The notes beneath the pieces were generated by a model. That model was not told the DNA's origin. It was given only the letters and a program-made list of their open reading frames with translations, and did no database searches. A stretch of 64,000 nucleotides of DNA from Chrysomallon squamiferum. Taxonomy: Eukaryota; Animalia; Mollusca. Below are positions 48,665 through 61,385 of this stretch, piece after piece (position 1 is the stretch's first letter; every line of letters starts with the position of its first letter). The translations under genes and the position numbers were made by a program. The DNA lies in NCBI GenBank assembly GCA_012295275.1, contig CM022675.1, positions 14,136,001 to 14,200,000 on the forward strand. Reading direction: 5' to 3'.

Positions 48665-49379
48665 TTCTTATAATAAAAACGAATATAAAAATAAAGCTAT
48701 ACTGTTAAAGCATTGTTTGTTGTTAGGTTGTTGTTGTTTTTTTTGATTTTTTGGAAATGAGGGCTTTGTATTCAAAAAAAAAAATTAAATTAAAAAAATA
48801 TAATATTTCAACCAGGATAGCCTTTTTATTTTTATTTTCATTGTCATTATTATCATTATTATTGTTACTGTTATAATTCATAATCTGTTTTAAAATTTAA
48901 TGATGTACTTTTACATAACAATATTATAATAAAACAGGCATGCATATTACAACTACATGCATATAGTTAACACTTTTTTATTTTACAGTAATCATATTAT
49001 TATATAATTACATATTATATTATTATACAGTTTCACAAAATATTTACGGACTCGCATGACAAATACTACAGAGTGATAATTGTGTCATTAGCAATTAACA
49101 GTTATTTCACAATCGATATTAATGATTATTAGAATGAAATCCATGAATAATAAATTATAAATAATAATAACAATTAAAAAAATAAATAGAATAATAAATT
49201 TAGAAAATAAGACAGAAATTTAAAATCGGAAATATCATTTTATAGTTTTAAAAAATCAGTTATCTACTTAAAACTATTTAACTGTGGCTGGATTTATGTT
49301 TGTCTCTTCAAGTATTCAGTATATCTACAAAAGTTCAGAATTTTACAGATTAGCACGACATTAGTAGAACATACAATGG

Positions 49380-49620
49380 ATGGATGCACGCGAAACCTGA
49401 CAAAGATCGGTGATTCATTTGTAATTTTACACTATAATTAACCCAACGTTTTTGTTGGAATCAAATAGAAACAGACTAAAAGACTGAAAGTTTTAATTAA
49501 TATCTGAAAGAAAAGTTAGATTTACCTTTGTTTTCAGCGGTAGCCTGATTTTTTTGGTCTGTCTGCTGTAAATGGTACAGCACTCAAAACGCGGAATTTC
49601 GATAAAAATGAGTTGTCTCC
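49380..49620 (-). promoter_or_regulatory. Probable EZH2 non-coding first exon and promoter
   Basis: Donor AAAG|GTAAAT at 49525/49526 would pair with the acceptor at 48667, two nt before the ATG. CpG patch with E2F-like TTCCGCG (~49589-49595) and TTTCGCG (~49389-49395). Confidence 0.5.
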
Positions 49621-49658
49621 CTTGCTGCTTTTTTATTTTTAGAAAATTCATTAATACA

Positions 49659-49716
<58 letters not shown>

Positions 49717-50235
49717 TCAAGAAACGATTGATCATAACCAAATACCATTATTTTTTTAAATAAAACTTTTTAACTACATTTTATCATATTTTCATATTAA
49801 CTTTTGTAAATATTCAATTTTAAATGATAATTTGTTGTTGTTGTTTATTATTATTATTTATTTATTTATTTATTTAAGTTTCACTTTTTATTATTAATGA
49901 TAGATAAAATATTATTTAATAATCAACCATTGTGAAACGTATTTGCATTCACTGTAGTACGTCTGTCCGGAACACATAAATCAAGACCTGTGATTTTTTT
50001 CAAATTAGTAGTGGTATGTTGGAGTCATATGTTAGCTGGTTGTTACAGATGAGAAATCGAGAGTGTAGTAGTCTATAATTAGCATTGGAAATGATGTGTT
50101 CCAAGTACCTTCCAGCCGTAAAACAGATGACATTGTTTTTGCCAAATGGAGGCCGGATACTACTGATTAATGGCAAACGATCTTTTATAACAATTATCTT
50201 TCCTACAGGTTTTCATTTATCTATTATAGTTTTAA

Positions 50236-50286
<51 letters not shown>

Positions 50287-51399
50287 ACTTTTTTAATATG
50301 AACGATTTTAATTTATAAATAACATTTCCTACAAAGCGATTGTCTATATATTCTTTACCGATGGTAGGCCAATTTAATATTTACTTCGGAAGGTTAAATT
50401 AATTCCATTCAGTTCAGAGTTGCCTTAATGTCTGTTTTTAGAGGATCTTGTCGGTTTTAAAAAGATTTGGTTGGTTGCAATTTTCTTATCTATTTTTGAT
50501 CGGCTCTTTCTAGTAGGATCCTGGTATCTCTATAAAACAAAATAAAAAATAAAAATCTCCATTACTTTATGGCATTTTAGAATATTTTTCGCCTCAAGAA
50601 AATGATAAATTAATGTGGACGTGGGTTAAGGTTTTAGACTCAAAAAGGACTTTGGAAAATTTAATTGAACCATCATCTTAGCATCACTCATTAAAACGTA
50701 TCACAAGGACGTGCGTGAAGTGCCTTTAAACAGCATTTATTATGAAATGTTATAAGCAAATTCGACTCTTTTATGGTAAACTTATACATTTTCAAGAAAT
50801 CCAGTAAATGTGCATAATTATATATATATATATATTTTTTTAAAATCTCAATTATAGATCTTTAAAATGCTGTAGTATTGATTATAAAGTTGGAAAACAA
50901 AACGGTAAACAAAATTTTGAAGAGGGATGCCGAAAATTCTGGTCGACCTCCCAAGAATGTCACAATACTGAAAAGGTTTGGAATCTGTGCTTTAACAGCA
51001 TCTGTTTTAGTTTTAAACTTTACCTTATAATATCAATTTTATTACGTAGTTGTCAGTGTAAGACAAATATGCCAAACATTTGTTTATAAAGAGTTTAAGA
51101 TCTGCTGATATAATAAATGGCGCACCAAGCTGAAAAATCTCATTTTATTGCATAATTCGTGATTCAATCCATCCATCCATACAAACATAGATATATATGT
51201 CTGCATGTGTTTGGGAGGTTTAGGAACAAATTAAAAGCCAGTAATCGTATTCATTTTAGTCAAAAACAAAATGTATAGCATTTAATATTTATTGTACATA
51301 ATGAATTCATATAGAAAAAAGCATTCAAATTAAAAGGAAAGAGCGCTAATAGTTCATTATTATAATTATTTTTATTTATTTCTAATTTTTTCGTAACAT

Positions 51400-52455
51400 T
51401 CAAGTTCTTGGCTGTATTTGAATTGAACGAATTTTGGGAATGGTAAGTTCATGAATCTGACTTGTGCCAGCTTCCAAAGGTTCAATTCGTGGACCACAGT
51501 GGAAATTCCTCTTAATTTTTACTAGTTCCATCCTAAAATTCTGATTGAAGTAGGCGTAAACTACCGGATTGACAGCTGAATTTGTTACAGCCAGAACGGT
51601 GAACAAAAACCTCATAATAACATAGGTATATGTTTGATTGATAGTGTCAACGTCATGAATGTCAATTTCAAGTATCGAGTTGACGGAATCGAAAATTATA
51701 TCTATCATATAGAAAGGAAGCCAGCTAAAAAAGAAAAGCACTACGCTTGTGACAAGAAATTTTATTATTCTTCTTTTGGACCTCAGCAAGTTGGTGATAG
51801 CTAGATTTTTTATCCACAGTCTGCGAGCGATCTGGCAGTACATGGTAGTCATCAGAACGATTGGGATTATGAATAGGACGATAAAATCGGTTACTCGATA
51901 AAACAAATCATCGTCGTCCTCTTCGATTAAAAGATTGCAGAATTTCCGTTCGTTATTTTTAGAAGACTCACTTTCATGAATATCTTCATCGAGATACAGA
52001 CTAAAAAACAATTTCGCCGAGAAAGTGAACGACCCAAACCAAAGTGCTGACACAACCTGGACTCCTGTTTTTAGAGCCCAAGCTTTTGTTGTCGCTAGGA
52101 CCACAGCTTTGTATCTGTCGAAAGTTACTGCAACCAAGGAGTAAACGCTGGCTGTTATTGCAACACTCTCAAAATAGACTGGTAAAAGACACGAAGTTTT
52201 GTTGTAAGGCATTAGTCCATTTACTTGAATGATTGTAAGTGTTAGAGCTACCAAGCCGATCAGAAGATCGCTTACGGATAATGATGCAATGAATATGTTT
52301 GGTACTGTGTGCATGTCTTTCCGCAGTGCTACTATCAGTATGACTGTTAGATTTCCAGCAACGCACACCACCAGTATGATGGTAAATACCGATGTTATCA
52401 ACCAAACTGGAATCTCCGGGCGCTCATCGTTCGACGTTTCTGAGTCAGATGACAT
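51400..52455 (-). CDS. Class A (rhodopsin-like) GPCR, peptide-receptor type, ligand unknown, ~351 aa
   Basis: Seven TM segments with GN (TM1), LSVSD (TM2), C..DRY (TM3), W (TM4), FIIP..Y (TM5), FFSWLP (TM6), NSAVNPVVY (TM7) and FNQNFR helix 8. First ATG at 52455. Acceptor tttcag at 52473, so an upstream exon exists (candidate donor at 54116). Confidence 0.92.
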   Translation of the reverse strand: MSSDSETSNDERPEIPVWLITSVFTIILVVCVAGNLTVILIVALRKDMHTVPNIFIASLSVSDLLIGLVALTLTIIQVNGLMPYNKTSCLLPVYFESVAITASVYSLVAVTFDRYKAVVLATTKAWALKTGVQVVSALWFGSFTFSAKLFFSLYLDEDIHESESSKNNERKFCNLLIEEDDDDLFYRVTDFIVLFIIPIVLMTTMYCQIARRLWIKNLAITNLLRSKRRIIKFLVTSVVLFFFSWLPFYMIDIIFDSVNSILEIDIHDVDTINQTYTYVIMRFLFTVLAVTNSAVNPVVYAYFNQNFRMELVKIKRNFHCGPRIEPLEAGTSQIHELTIPKIRSIQIQPRT

Positions 52456-53665
52456 ACCTCCAGTGGTTGTCACTGAAATAACAAATAACAAAAATATAAA
52501 TACAAAGCATATTTTTATTTTTATTTGACGTCATTTTATTTTATTGTATTTCATTGTTGTTTCTTTTTGGATATCACGTCCAATGTTAAATATATCATTG
52601 GTTGATTTTGTTTTGTTTTTCTTTTGCAAACACAATGAAATAATTTATTTATGTTCATCGTAAATTGTCTTTGGTATTCTGTTTATGTTACTGTCATTTG
52701 CCATTTTCCCCCACAGTAAATGTGTGCTTCCATTTAGAGGAAGAAAAAACAATATATTTGATCTGCAGTTGTTTTCTGATTGACTATAATGCTTATTTCA
52801 GACATTTAAAAAAAATGGATAATATCGGTACTAGAAAAAACAGCCAAATGAGTGCAGCTTTGCATTTTTCAATCTGCAGTTAATTTAAAAATAATAATAA
52901 CACCAGCAACAAACAACAAACAAATAATAATAATACTTAACGTAATTAATAAATATGCTATTATTATTATCAGAATCATAATAATAAATAAATAAACATA
53001 TATATATATATATATATATATATTACCATCATCTTCATCATTGAAAGTTACAAAATCTCTCTTTAGATTTATTTTATGAAAAGACGATATTTGTTTTGTT
53101 ATTGTTGTTAAACGGAAAACCATTCGGGAAATTGGAAAGAAAAACGTATTCTCTGTATTTTAAGATACACCCCAAAATAACAAATTTATGGCGGAAACAA
53201 ACTTTTATTATTCTACTTTTAATGCTGTCAAATCGGTTATTCATAAATTAATCATTTAGACTAGTTTAATGACAGTAATTCAACTGATCAACATATTTAA
53301 TGGTGAAAAATAAAATCCTACATCCTCAAAAATAAACCTTAAAGAATATGAATAAATATAAACCACATATTAGTTGAAATATTACTAGTAGAAACAGAAA
53401 CAGTAGTAGTAATAGTAGTAGTTGTTGTTTTGCATGAAAGCTATATAATAATAGCAGTTGTTGTTGTCCTAGTAGCAGATGTTAGTATTTATAATGAAAG
53501 TGGTTACAGCAGCATAATAGTGGTGGTAGAAGTAGTTTTACTGGTAGCAACTAACTGTATACTGTGTAACGGGTACTAGCCTTAGACTTAAGAACAAAAC
53601 AAATTATATATTATGATATTTATACTTGCAGTCAACCTATAATAATAAGTATTCACTTGTACTAA

Positions 53666-54052
53666 GTAGGAATAAAATAACAATTTTACCTAACAAAGAA
53701 TAAAGCAGTAATTTGTAACCGAACTAAGAATAATATAGTAATTTGTAACCAAGTAAGAATAAAATAGTAATTTGTAACAAGGTAAGAATAAAACAGTAAC
53801 GTGTAACCAATGTAAGAAAAAAAATTAGTTGGTAACTAAATAAGAACACTACAATAATTTGTATCCAAACTAAGAATAAAATAGTAATTTGTAATCAAGT
53901 AAGAATAAAATAGTAATTTGTAACAAAGTAATAATAAAATAGTAATTTGTAACCAAATTAAGAATAAAGTAGTCGTTTGTAACCAAAGTAAGTATAAAAT
54001 AGTCATTTGTAACCAAATTAAGAATAAAATAGTCATTTGTAACCAAAGTAAA
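53666..54052. repeat. Minisatellite, 29-30 bp unit TAAGAATAAAATAGTAATTTGTAACCAAAG, ~12-13 copies
   Basis: Directly visible tandem array; it produces the repeating (WLQMTILFLI) peptide in ORF 53836-54393. Confidence 0.92.
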
Positions 54053-54436
54053 TGTTTATGAGAACACTGAAACAATAAGTAGTAATCTGTAACACATGAG
54101 TTAATAAAATATTTACCTGTAATATGTAAAAAATAAAATAAGAAAAAAAACAAAAATGGCCCCAGATTAGAAATCCAGCTTCTATCTGTAAATGAAACAG
54201 AGAAGATTACACCAGGGCATGAATTCTGACTGACAGATATGTAGCTGTACGTGTATATATATATATATATCTTCAAATTATAATGACGTACAGATAATCG
54301 CAAGGATGAAAACGAAGTTAACACTGCGAATTGCTGATTAATTAAACCACTGGAATAATGACATAGCACTACTGTATTTCCTTTTATAATCATTGCTTGA
54401 TCTCTTGGTAGTTTATAAATAATAACAACAACAAAA

Positions 54437-54473
<37 letters not shown>

Positions 54474-55096
54474 CAATAGTAATAACAATAATGCTACATG
54501 TTTTAATTTTATTCCATTCGTGTCTTTTATTTATTTATTATTATTATTGCTGTTGTTGTTGTTAGTCTTATTATTATTTTGTTGAAGTTGTTGAAGATGA
54601 TGATACTGTCGTCGTTGTTTGTAGTTAGGTTAGCTGTACTGGTATCAAAAGTCAGTTTCTTTATTATTATTATAATTATTATCGACATATTCATCTTTAT
54701 ATAATTCTTTATTTTTCTGTCTGTATAACTATTTCCATTATCGTCTGTTTCACGTTTTTCTTCTTAACTGGCAGACGTCATTCGTCACAACTGTAAATCG
54801 ATCTTTTATTTGTGGATTTATATTGTTAATGCTGTCCGCAAAAATTCTTTCGTTATCCAATTAGCTGTAATTGAACGAATTTATTTTTTAAAAAGTATTT
54901 GTTCAGCTTCTGGTAAAAGATAATGATCTGTTATTAATAATAACGAGAGAACTTAATATTATCAAATAATTCAACCTTCTCACTAGTCTCGTACTATTCT
55001 AATAATTTTAACTTCAGTGCAGTATTTTTGGTTTTTGGGACATGTATTATTGTATTATTAAATTATGTTTATAACAGGAAATACTGTCGGAAGTTA

Positions 55097-55112
55097 GCCT
55101 ACAGTTTGTTTC

Positions 55113-55207
<95 letters not shown>
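55097..55207. repeat. (GA)n microsatellite, ~55 units
   Basis: Directly visible. Confidence 0.97.
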
Positions 55208-55210
<3 letters not shown>

Positions 55211-55635
55211 TAAACTTTTTAACGAGCAAGCTTAATCGTCAAAGCTCAGATAACGTTATCTGTTCGTTAATTAATGAAAACCGAGATGCTGTTCAGTGCA
55301 TTATTGAAGTTCTCACGTTCTGCGTATTTTCGTAGACATAATAACTTTGTCTCCGAAAACAAGCTGCGAGAAATAATGAATCATTAAATACTGCAAATAA
55401 GGCTTAGGCTTAACCTGTGACATGAATTATAAAAAAAAGAGTAAATTACATATTTCTGTAAAGAATTAATCGGCTTTAATTCACGAAGGGGTCAACAAAT
55501 GGTAATTAATACAGGAAGATCTCCGAATTTTCTCCCCTGGTTTATTAAGATTGATGTTTAAGCCGTACGTGCTTACTATAATAATAATAAACAAAAAAAG
55601 TAAAATAATAATAATAATAAAATAAATAAATTTAA

Positions 55636-55695
<60 letters not shown>

Positions 55696-56215
55696 CCTCA
55701 TATCTGCATATTTAAAGATAAAAAAGGAAAACAAAATAATAATAATAAGATTCACTATAACCTTTCTAATGCATAAGAAAACAACAGGATTATAACTGTC
55801 ATAGTGGTATAATCTAATGTAATCATTAAAAAGAAAAAGATCAGCTGTACATATTTCTCTTTTTATTATTATTTTTGTATTATTCAGTCATCCACCAAAT
55901 TAATTTCATATAAATAATAGACATTGGATGTTGTATGGATGTGTCACTATTTAGCAATCATTCATTCACTCTGCCTCAAAAATGTATGTATATAACAAAA
56001 CAACCTATAATAAATTATTATCTCCAAGTAAATTATTATGATCAATTTTGATTTAAATAGGAAGAATTTAGATATTTAAAATAATTTCCAAATGTCACCC
56101 CTCTTTCTTTCCCACAGTTTCAAGGAAACACTTAATAAAAATGATATTTACAGAAATGGTTAGTTCCTCAAGGCAATTATAACCATTATTAAAACAAAAG
56201 TCTTAAAAACCATCT

Positions 56216-58581
56216 TCACAATTCATCATTTTTGTTTTCCTTTTGAAACAAACCCACAGGACATGATACTCCAACACCTTTGAGTGCACAATAACCATGG
56301 GGATTTTTGTGTAAATACTGTTGATGATAATCTTCTGCATAATAAAATTCTTTTGCTGGAAGAATTTCAGTAGTTATTGTGGAATGTCCTTTCTTAGTTA
56401 ATAGTTCTTGGAATTTGTCTCTGGACTTTTCTGCCAGTTCTTTTTGTTCTTCGTCATAATAATAAATTCCTGATCGATACTGTGTACCTCTGTCATTTCC
56501 CTGCCTCATCCCTTGAGTAGGGTCATGATTTTCCCAGAAAACCTTGAAACAAAAACAACAACAACAGTAACAATAGCACTAACAATAATAGCATTAATAA
56601 CTAACAACAATAATATTAAGAGAAATAACAAAAATAATGATAAAAATGATAATGATAACAATAATAACGACCAACATTATCACAGATATTTGTCTGGCTG
56701 TCTAGGAAAACCAGTCACTTGGTCAACATTTTTCATTTCCTGTTTTTCCCATTACTGAATTCTACAGATCATTCCCAATTAAAAATACTTTTATTTATTT
56801 AAACATTCCATTTTCAATAAAGATGTGACATTTTGAAGATGAAACTAAGCAAAAAGCATAAATTGAGAAAAACACATTAATTTTTAATGATTGTTAGGTC
56901 AAATAAAACAGTTCTTATTTGGTGCTCACCCTATTCAATTTTTCCGGGTTTTTAATTTAATTTTTTTATTTTGTATGTAGAATGATGGTATGCAGGAAGA
57001 ATACCACAGAAACGTTCCAGCTAGAAACTGCAAAGTTACTTTCCTACTTGCTTGTAGTAATTAGTCAGTGCCTGATAATGGTCAGACAGAAAACAAATGG
57101 TGACTATATTAATGCTCAGGTCATCTTAACAGTATTACAGGCCCCTGGGCAAAACAATGCAGTGGGCCTACAACACAGACAACTATGAAAAATGTATTTA
57201 CACCAAGCCAGAGCATGCACGGATTGCATGGGTCACTAGACCATTCAGTCCCCTAGGCAAATACCCTGTGTACCCATCAGCACTCTCGTTATCTTGCTAA
57301 GACTCCAACATCTTCTAACAGGGTTTTCTGGCCACCAAGACATATAATTCAGGATTTAATTAAATACATATTTAACAGTTATATACAGATTCTGAAAATA
57401 ACTGGTTCTGTGGTCAGTTAAATACATATAAAAACCTTTAAACAGAAAAAAGATTCACAAAAATAATTTAGAAATTGAAGTAGATTTTAAAAAATACCAT
57501 TTATGGTTTTGTATTTGATGTTAGTAAGCAGCCCACAGGTTCATCAGGAGAATACAAATTTTTTATTATTATTATCATTATTATGTTATCAAGCTAGCTG
57601 TTAATTATCTTTTTTTAAATGTAACTCATTTATTTTAACCACAATTTTAACATTATGTTTACATTTATTTTAGTCTTTATGTCCATGTCTTTTTATATTT
57701 TAGTTTTATTAATTTACGTGTTAAAGCAGCATTGAACTTACTTAGTATGGAAAAGATGCTATATATAGATATATATATAGAGAGAGAGAGAGAGAGAAAT
57801 ACATCAAATATTAATATTGTCATATATTTTTGAAATCCTCAGTATTGTATTTATTTACTGATACAAGTGAATGATGGCATGTCACTTTTGTGATTGAGTA
57901 AAACACAAACTAATAAAGCAATTTTCAACTTATAAATAATAATAACAAAAACAATTTTTTACTTGTAAAAGATTTGCATAAGATGTCTTCTGTGGGTCAA
58001 AAACAACTCTGACCACTTCACTGTGACCAGTTTGACCTGAGCAAACTTCATCATACAGTGGATTCTTTGTAAATCCTGCTGTATACCCAACCTAAACAGG
58101 AAAAAAGGGAGGTAACTCGAAAGCTTAATAACTGATCAATAGAATTATCTGTCATTTCCAAGGAAACCTAGTAAAGTTTCCGTAACATATTAAAAAAATG
58201 ACAAAAAATAGTTACTATTCTAATATTTAAACTAATTTTTTTAAAGTAAACTGATTAAATAAATAAAAAGATGATTTAATGAGTAAAAACTGTTCTTTCT
58301 AAATATAATGTGTAATATCTCTCTTCAGTTTTAATATTATAAAATAACTATTAATAATAATAATAAAAGTTGTTAAGATGTAATTCAATTCTTATTTGAT
58401 TTGTGTGCACTAACCTGAGTTGAAAAAACACCAGTCTGTTGCCAGAATTTTCTTTCAGCTCCCCAAAAACATCCCATTCCTATAAAAAAAAAAAAAAATA
58501 CTACTAATAATAATAATAAAATTAAAAATAATAAAATAAATAAATAAATAAATAAATAATATAAATATAAATATAAATATA

Positions 58582-58645
<64 letters not shown>

Positions 58646-59456
58646 GAAATAAAATAAAATAAAATAAATATATGTATGTAATTGAATAAACTCATTTTAA
58701 CTGATGGTATGTATTTTGAAGTAAATAAATAAAAACCTACAACTTACATGTTCTAAATTTTTAAATGTTAAAAGTGTTCTACATATCATAATTCAGCTTA
58801 TTTGGTAAATGAACTGAGTAAATTTTATTTTCAGGTAAGTTATTAAATCTTTCAGAATCTTTCATATAAGAACAGAGCATTCTTCTGTTTTGTTTATTTC
58901 TTTAATACATCAGTTATTTTATCATTTTGTTTAAAATTTATTTCAGTAATTAGGTGTATTTTTTAATTTTATTTAATTTAATTTTAATTTTTATTATTAT
59001 TATTAGAATTTTTTATTTTTTTGTTATTTTTGTTTTTTGAGGAATTTTTATCATATTATTAGTAAATTTTTTATTTTAAATTACAGGTAAAAATACACTG
59101 CAATTATTGCATTTCACTTAAGAATAATTAGCAATAAATATTTGGGAAATATCTTCTTAGCTTAGATAAATGATTTTTGATGATAATCATACCAAACATT
59201 GCTAACTTCATATTGTCAGGAAATGGTGGAATTGTTGGGTTCCCATTGGCTGCATGGTGACTGTTTACCTTCATTTTGGTATCTCTACCTGAAATAAAAA
59301 TAATTTCAGAAACATGGATGTTTTGAGATTTTTTGTAAATGAATGTATTAGTGCAGCTGTTGGATGTTTTTTACTGCCTTTTTAATTACTTTTTAAATTA
59401 TTTTTTAAATTTATTTATATATTTTTTTATTGTTTATTTTTTTGTTGTTGTTGTTC

Positions 59457-59523
<67 letters not shown>

Positions 59524-60205
59524 TTTGTTTTGGTTTCTTTGCATATGTGTTTATGATACAACTGGACATATTCATTTATGGACTTCCTTTTCCAATTCAA
59601 TTTGAAATGAATCTTAATACCTCATTAACCCTGGCCATTATTAAGATATTTCATTAATTAACATCACAGATCATCAAACAAATCGGGGATTTATCTTGAA
59701 AACCACAAATCAAACAGCACTAAGATTATTAACTGCAACAAAATATTTATTATGTTGCCATCTCAGACAGTATCACAAGATTTTTGAGATATATGGCTGT
59801 AAGTCACAGATCAGTTTATTGGAAGAAAATGATAACAACAGATCATGATAATATATTCATCCTCAGAAAAAATTGTAATCATTTCCTTCCAAAACTTTAT
59901 TATTTTATTTACCTCACATGCATAAAATTAAAAAAAAAAATTACACATAAAATTATAAACGTATATACTTTAATGTGATGTCCAAAAATAACATGGAAAA
60001 AAAGTTCCTGTCCTTGTAATTTTCAATTAAGAAGGTAATTACTGAAACAGTAACAAACATTAATTTCTTACCAGGTAAAGCATCTTTTTCATCTGGTAAA
60101 ATAATTTTTGATCCATAATCCCCCATCACAAACATACCTCCTCGAAGAAGACACTGTCTGACAAGGTTGATAGCTAGGAAAATATGTGCTGACTTTTTTA
60201 CAATC
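56216..60205 (-). CDS. MSRA: Peptide methionine sulfoxide reductase A
   Basis: Exons 60072-60205, 59193-59288, 58415-58479, 57963-58091 and 56216-56542 join in phase. They give MGDYGSK..ALPGR...[40 protein letters not shown]...[26 protein letters not shown]...[22 protein letters not shown]. The catalytic Cys is TGT, not Sec. In-frame ATGs at 60135 and 60126; the frame stays open back to the acceptor at 60206. Confidence 0.97.
58505..58670. repeat. (AAT)n/(AAAT)n compound microsatellite; similar (AAT/ATT)n tracts at ~20-60, 41360-41402, 49662-49715, 50238-50284, 55635-55693 and 59460-59520
   Basis: Directly visible. Confidence 0.9.
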
Positions 60206-61065
60206 CTAAGAAAAATATATACATGTACATATATATATATTTTACATTACAGTGAGAAGTGAGTTTTCAAAACAAACTATTAATAATGCAAACAAAATCA
60301 AATAATCAAAACCCCCCTTCAAAAAAATCCAACAACAAAATAATTCTGTAGCTAGGAAATTTTCAAAAAAATTATAATAATTAAAAAATTAATAAAATCA
60401 AATCAATATCAGCCTCTTCAGTTGTATAGATACAAGACAATTTATCTGGCTCTTGAAGTGTATTAATTTGTTTCCGTTAAAATATTATTCTTTACTTTTT
60501 CATTTTTAGTTTTTTAAATGCATACAGACACACACACTCATATTAAACCATGGTCCAGCCATTGAAAAATCCAAAAATCCAGAACAGCTCTGATCCAAAG
60601 GTTGCTAATAAAATAATTATTAGTTTATTTCTTTTCTTAACTACTTATTTTGAATATATCTCTGTGTGCGTGTGTGTATGTGTTTCAGTAAAATAAAGAA
60701 TATCTCCTTTCTAAATTTTTTAGATTGGTGCAGAAACACAGGTTTTTAATTTTTAATTTGCAATCTTACTATAGCTCGTTCTCGTTTTTTCAGTATTACC
60801 AATGATTGACTTTTATTACACTGGTAAATCCGAATATAATGTATTTATGTAAGATAGGATTGTTGTATGCATTATATAGCTGAGTAATGAGAGAGTGACA
60901 TTTATATAAACCGTGTCGTCGTAGCATTTTCAGTTCAATCGTATGTTAAAATCTGAAATCTGGAATACACTTTGGCAGTACTTGCTGTAAAAAAATGTAT
61001 CCGTTTACTTAAAATGCTTGTTTACCATTTAAAGTAGTGGACAGATTGGGGAGACAAATACATAC

Positions 61066-61200
61066 CTAGGTCATGAACAAACTTACATAATACAAAGTTG
61101 CCTGTCAAACCCGAATGGACATAATTTAGGAATAGAATTACAAGAACCACAGATCACAATTTTGACACCTCAAACAAGGGGACATTATTTCATCCCAGAT
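61066..61200 (-). other. Probable MsrA first exon with two tandem donors; supplies AT of a split AT|G start
   Basis: Donor GTAAGT at 61081-61086 preceded by AT (61087-88), and a second donor AG|GTATGT at 61060-61065. The 5' boundary is unknown. Confidence 0.5.
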
Positions 61201-61385
61201 GTTACAACCCAGTCTTTAATGCCTTTTGTAACTCCCCAACATAAATTATAAATTTTTCGCCACTACATTGTATTAATTACAACGTCAAAATAACAGCAAC
61301 TGAAGTTGTAATAGCAGTAGTCGTAACAGTAGTAATGATGATAATTATAATGAATCAAACAGCAAATCACCAAACGTCCAACATA

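Noticed and set aside
53666-54052. Regular ~30-bp repeats resembling a CRISPR array
   Set aside because: Units are head-to-tail with no unique spacers, there are no cas genes, and the context is eukaryotic, so it is a minisatellite.
57120-57300. GC-richer patch in the MsrA last intron (similar patches at 1590-1760, 7830-7896, 23337-23560, 37250-37340)
   Set aside because: Probably old repeat fragments, but I could not define termini, TSDs or a family.
58415-58479. Possible selenocysteine MsrA
   Set aside because: The active-site codon is TGT (GCFWG) and there is no in-frame TGA.
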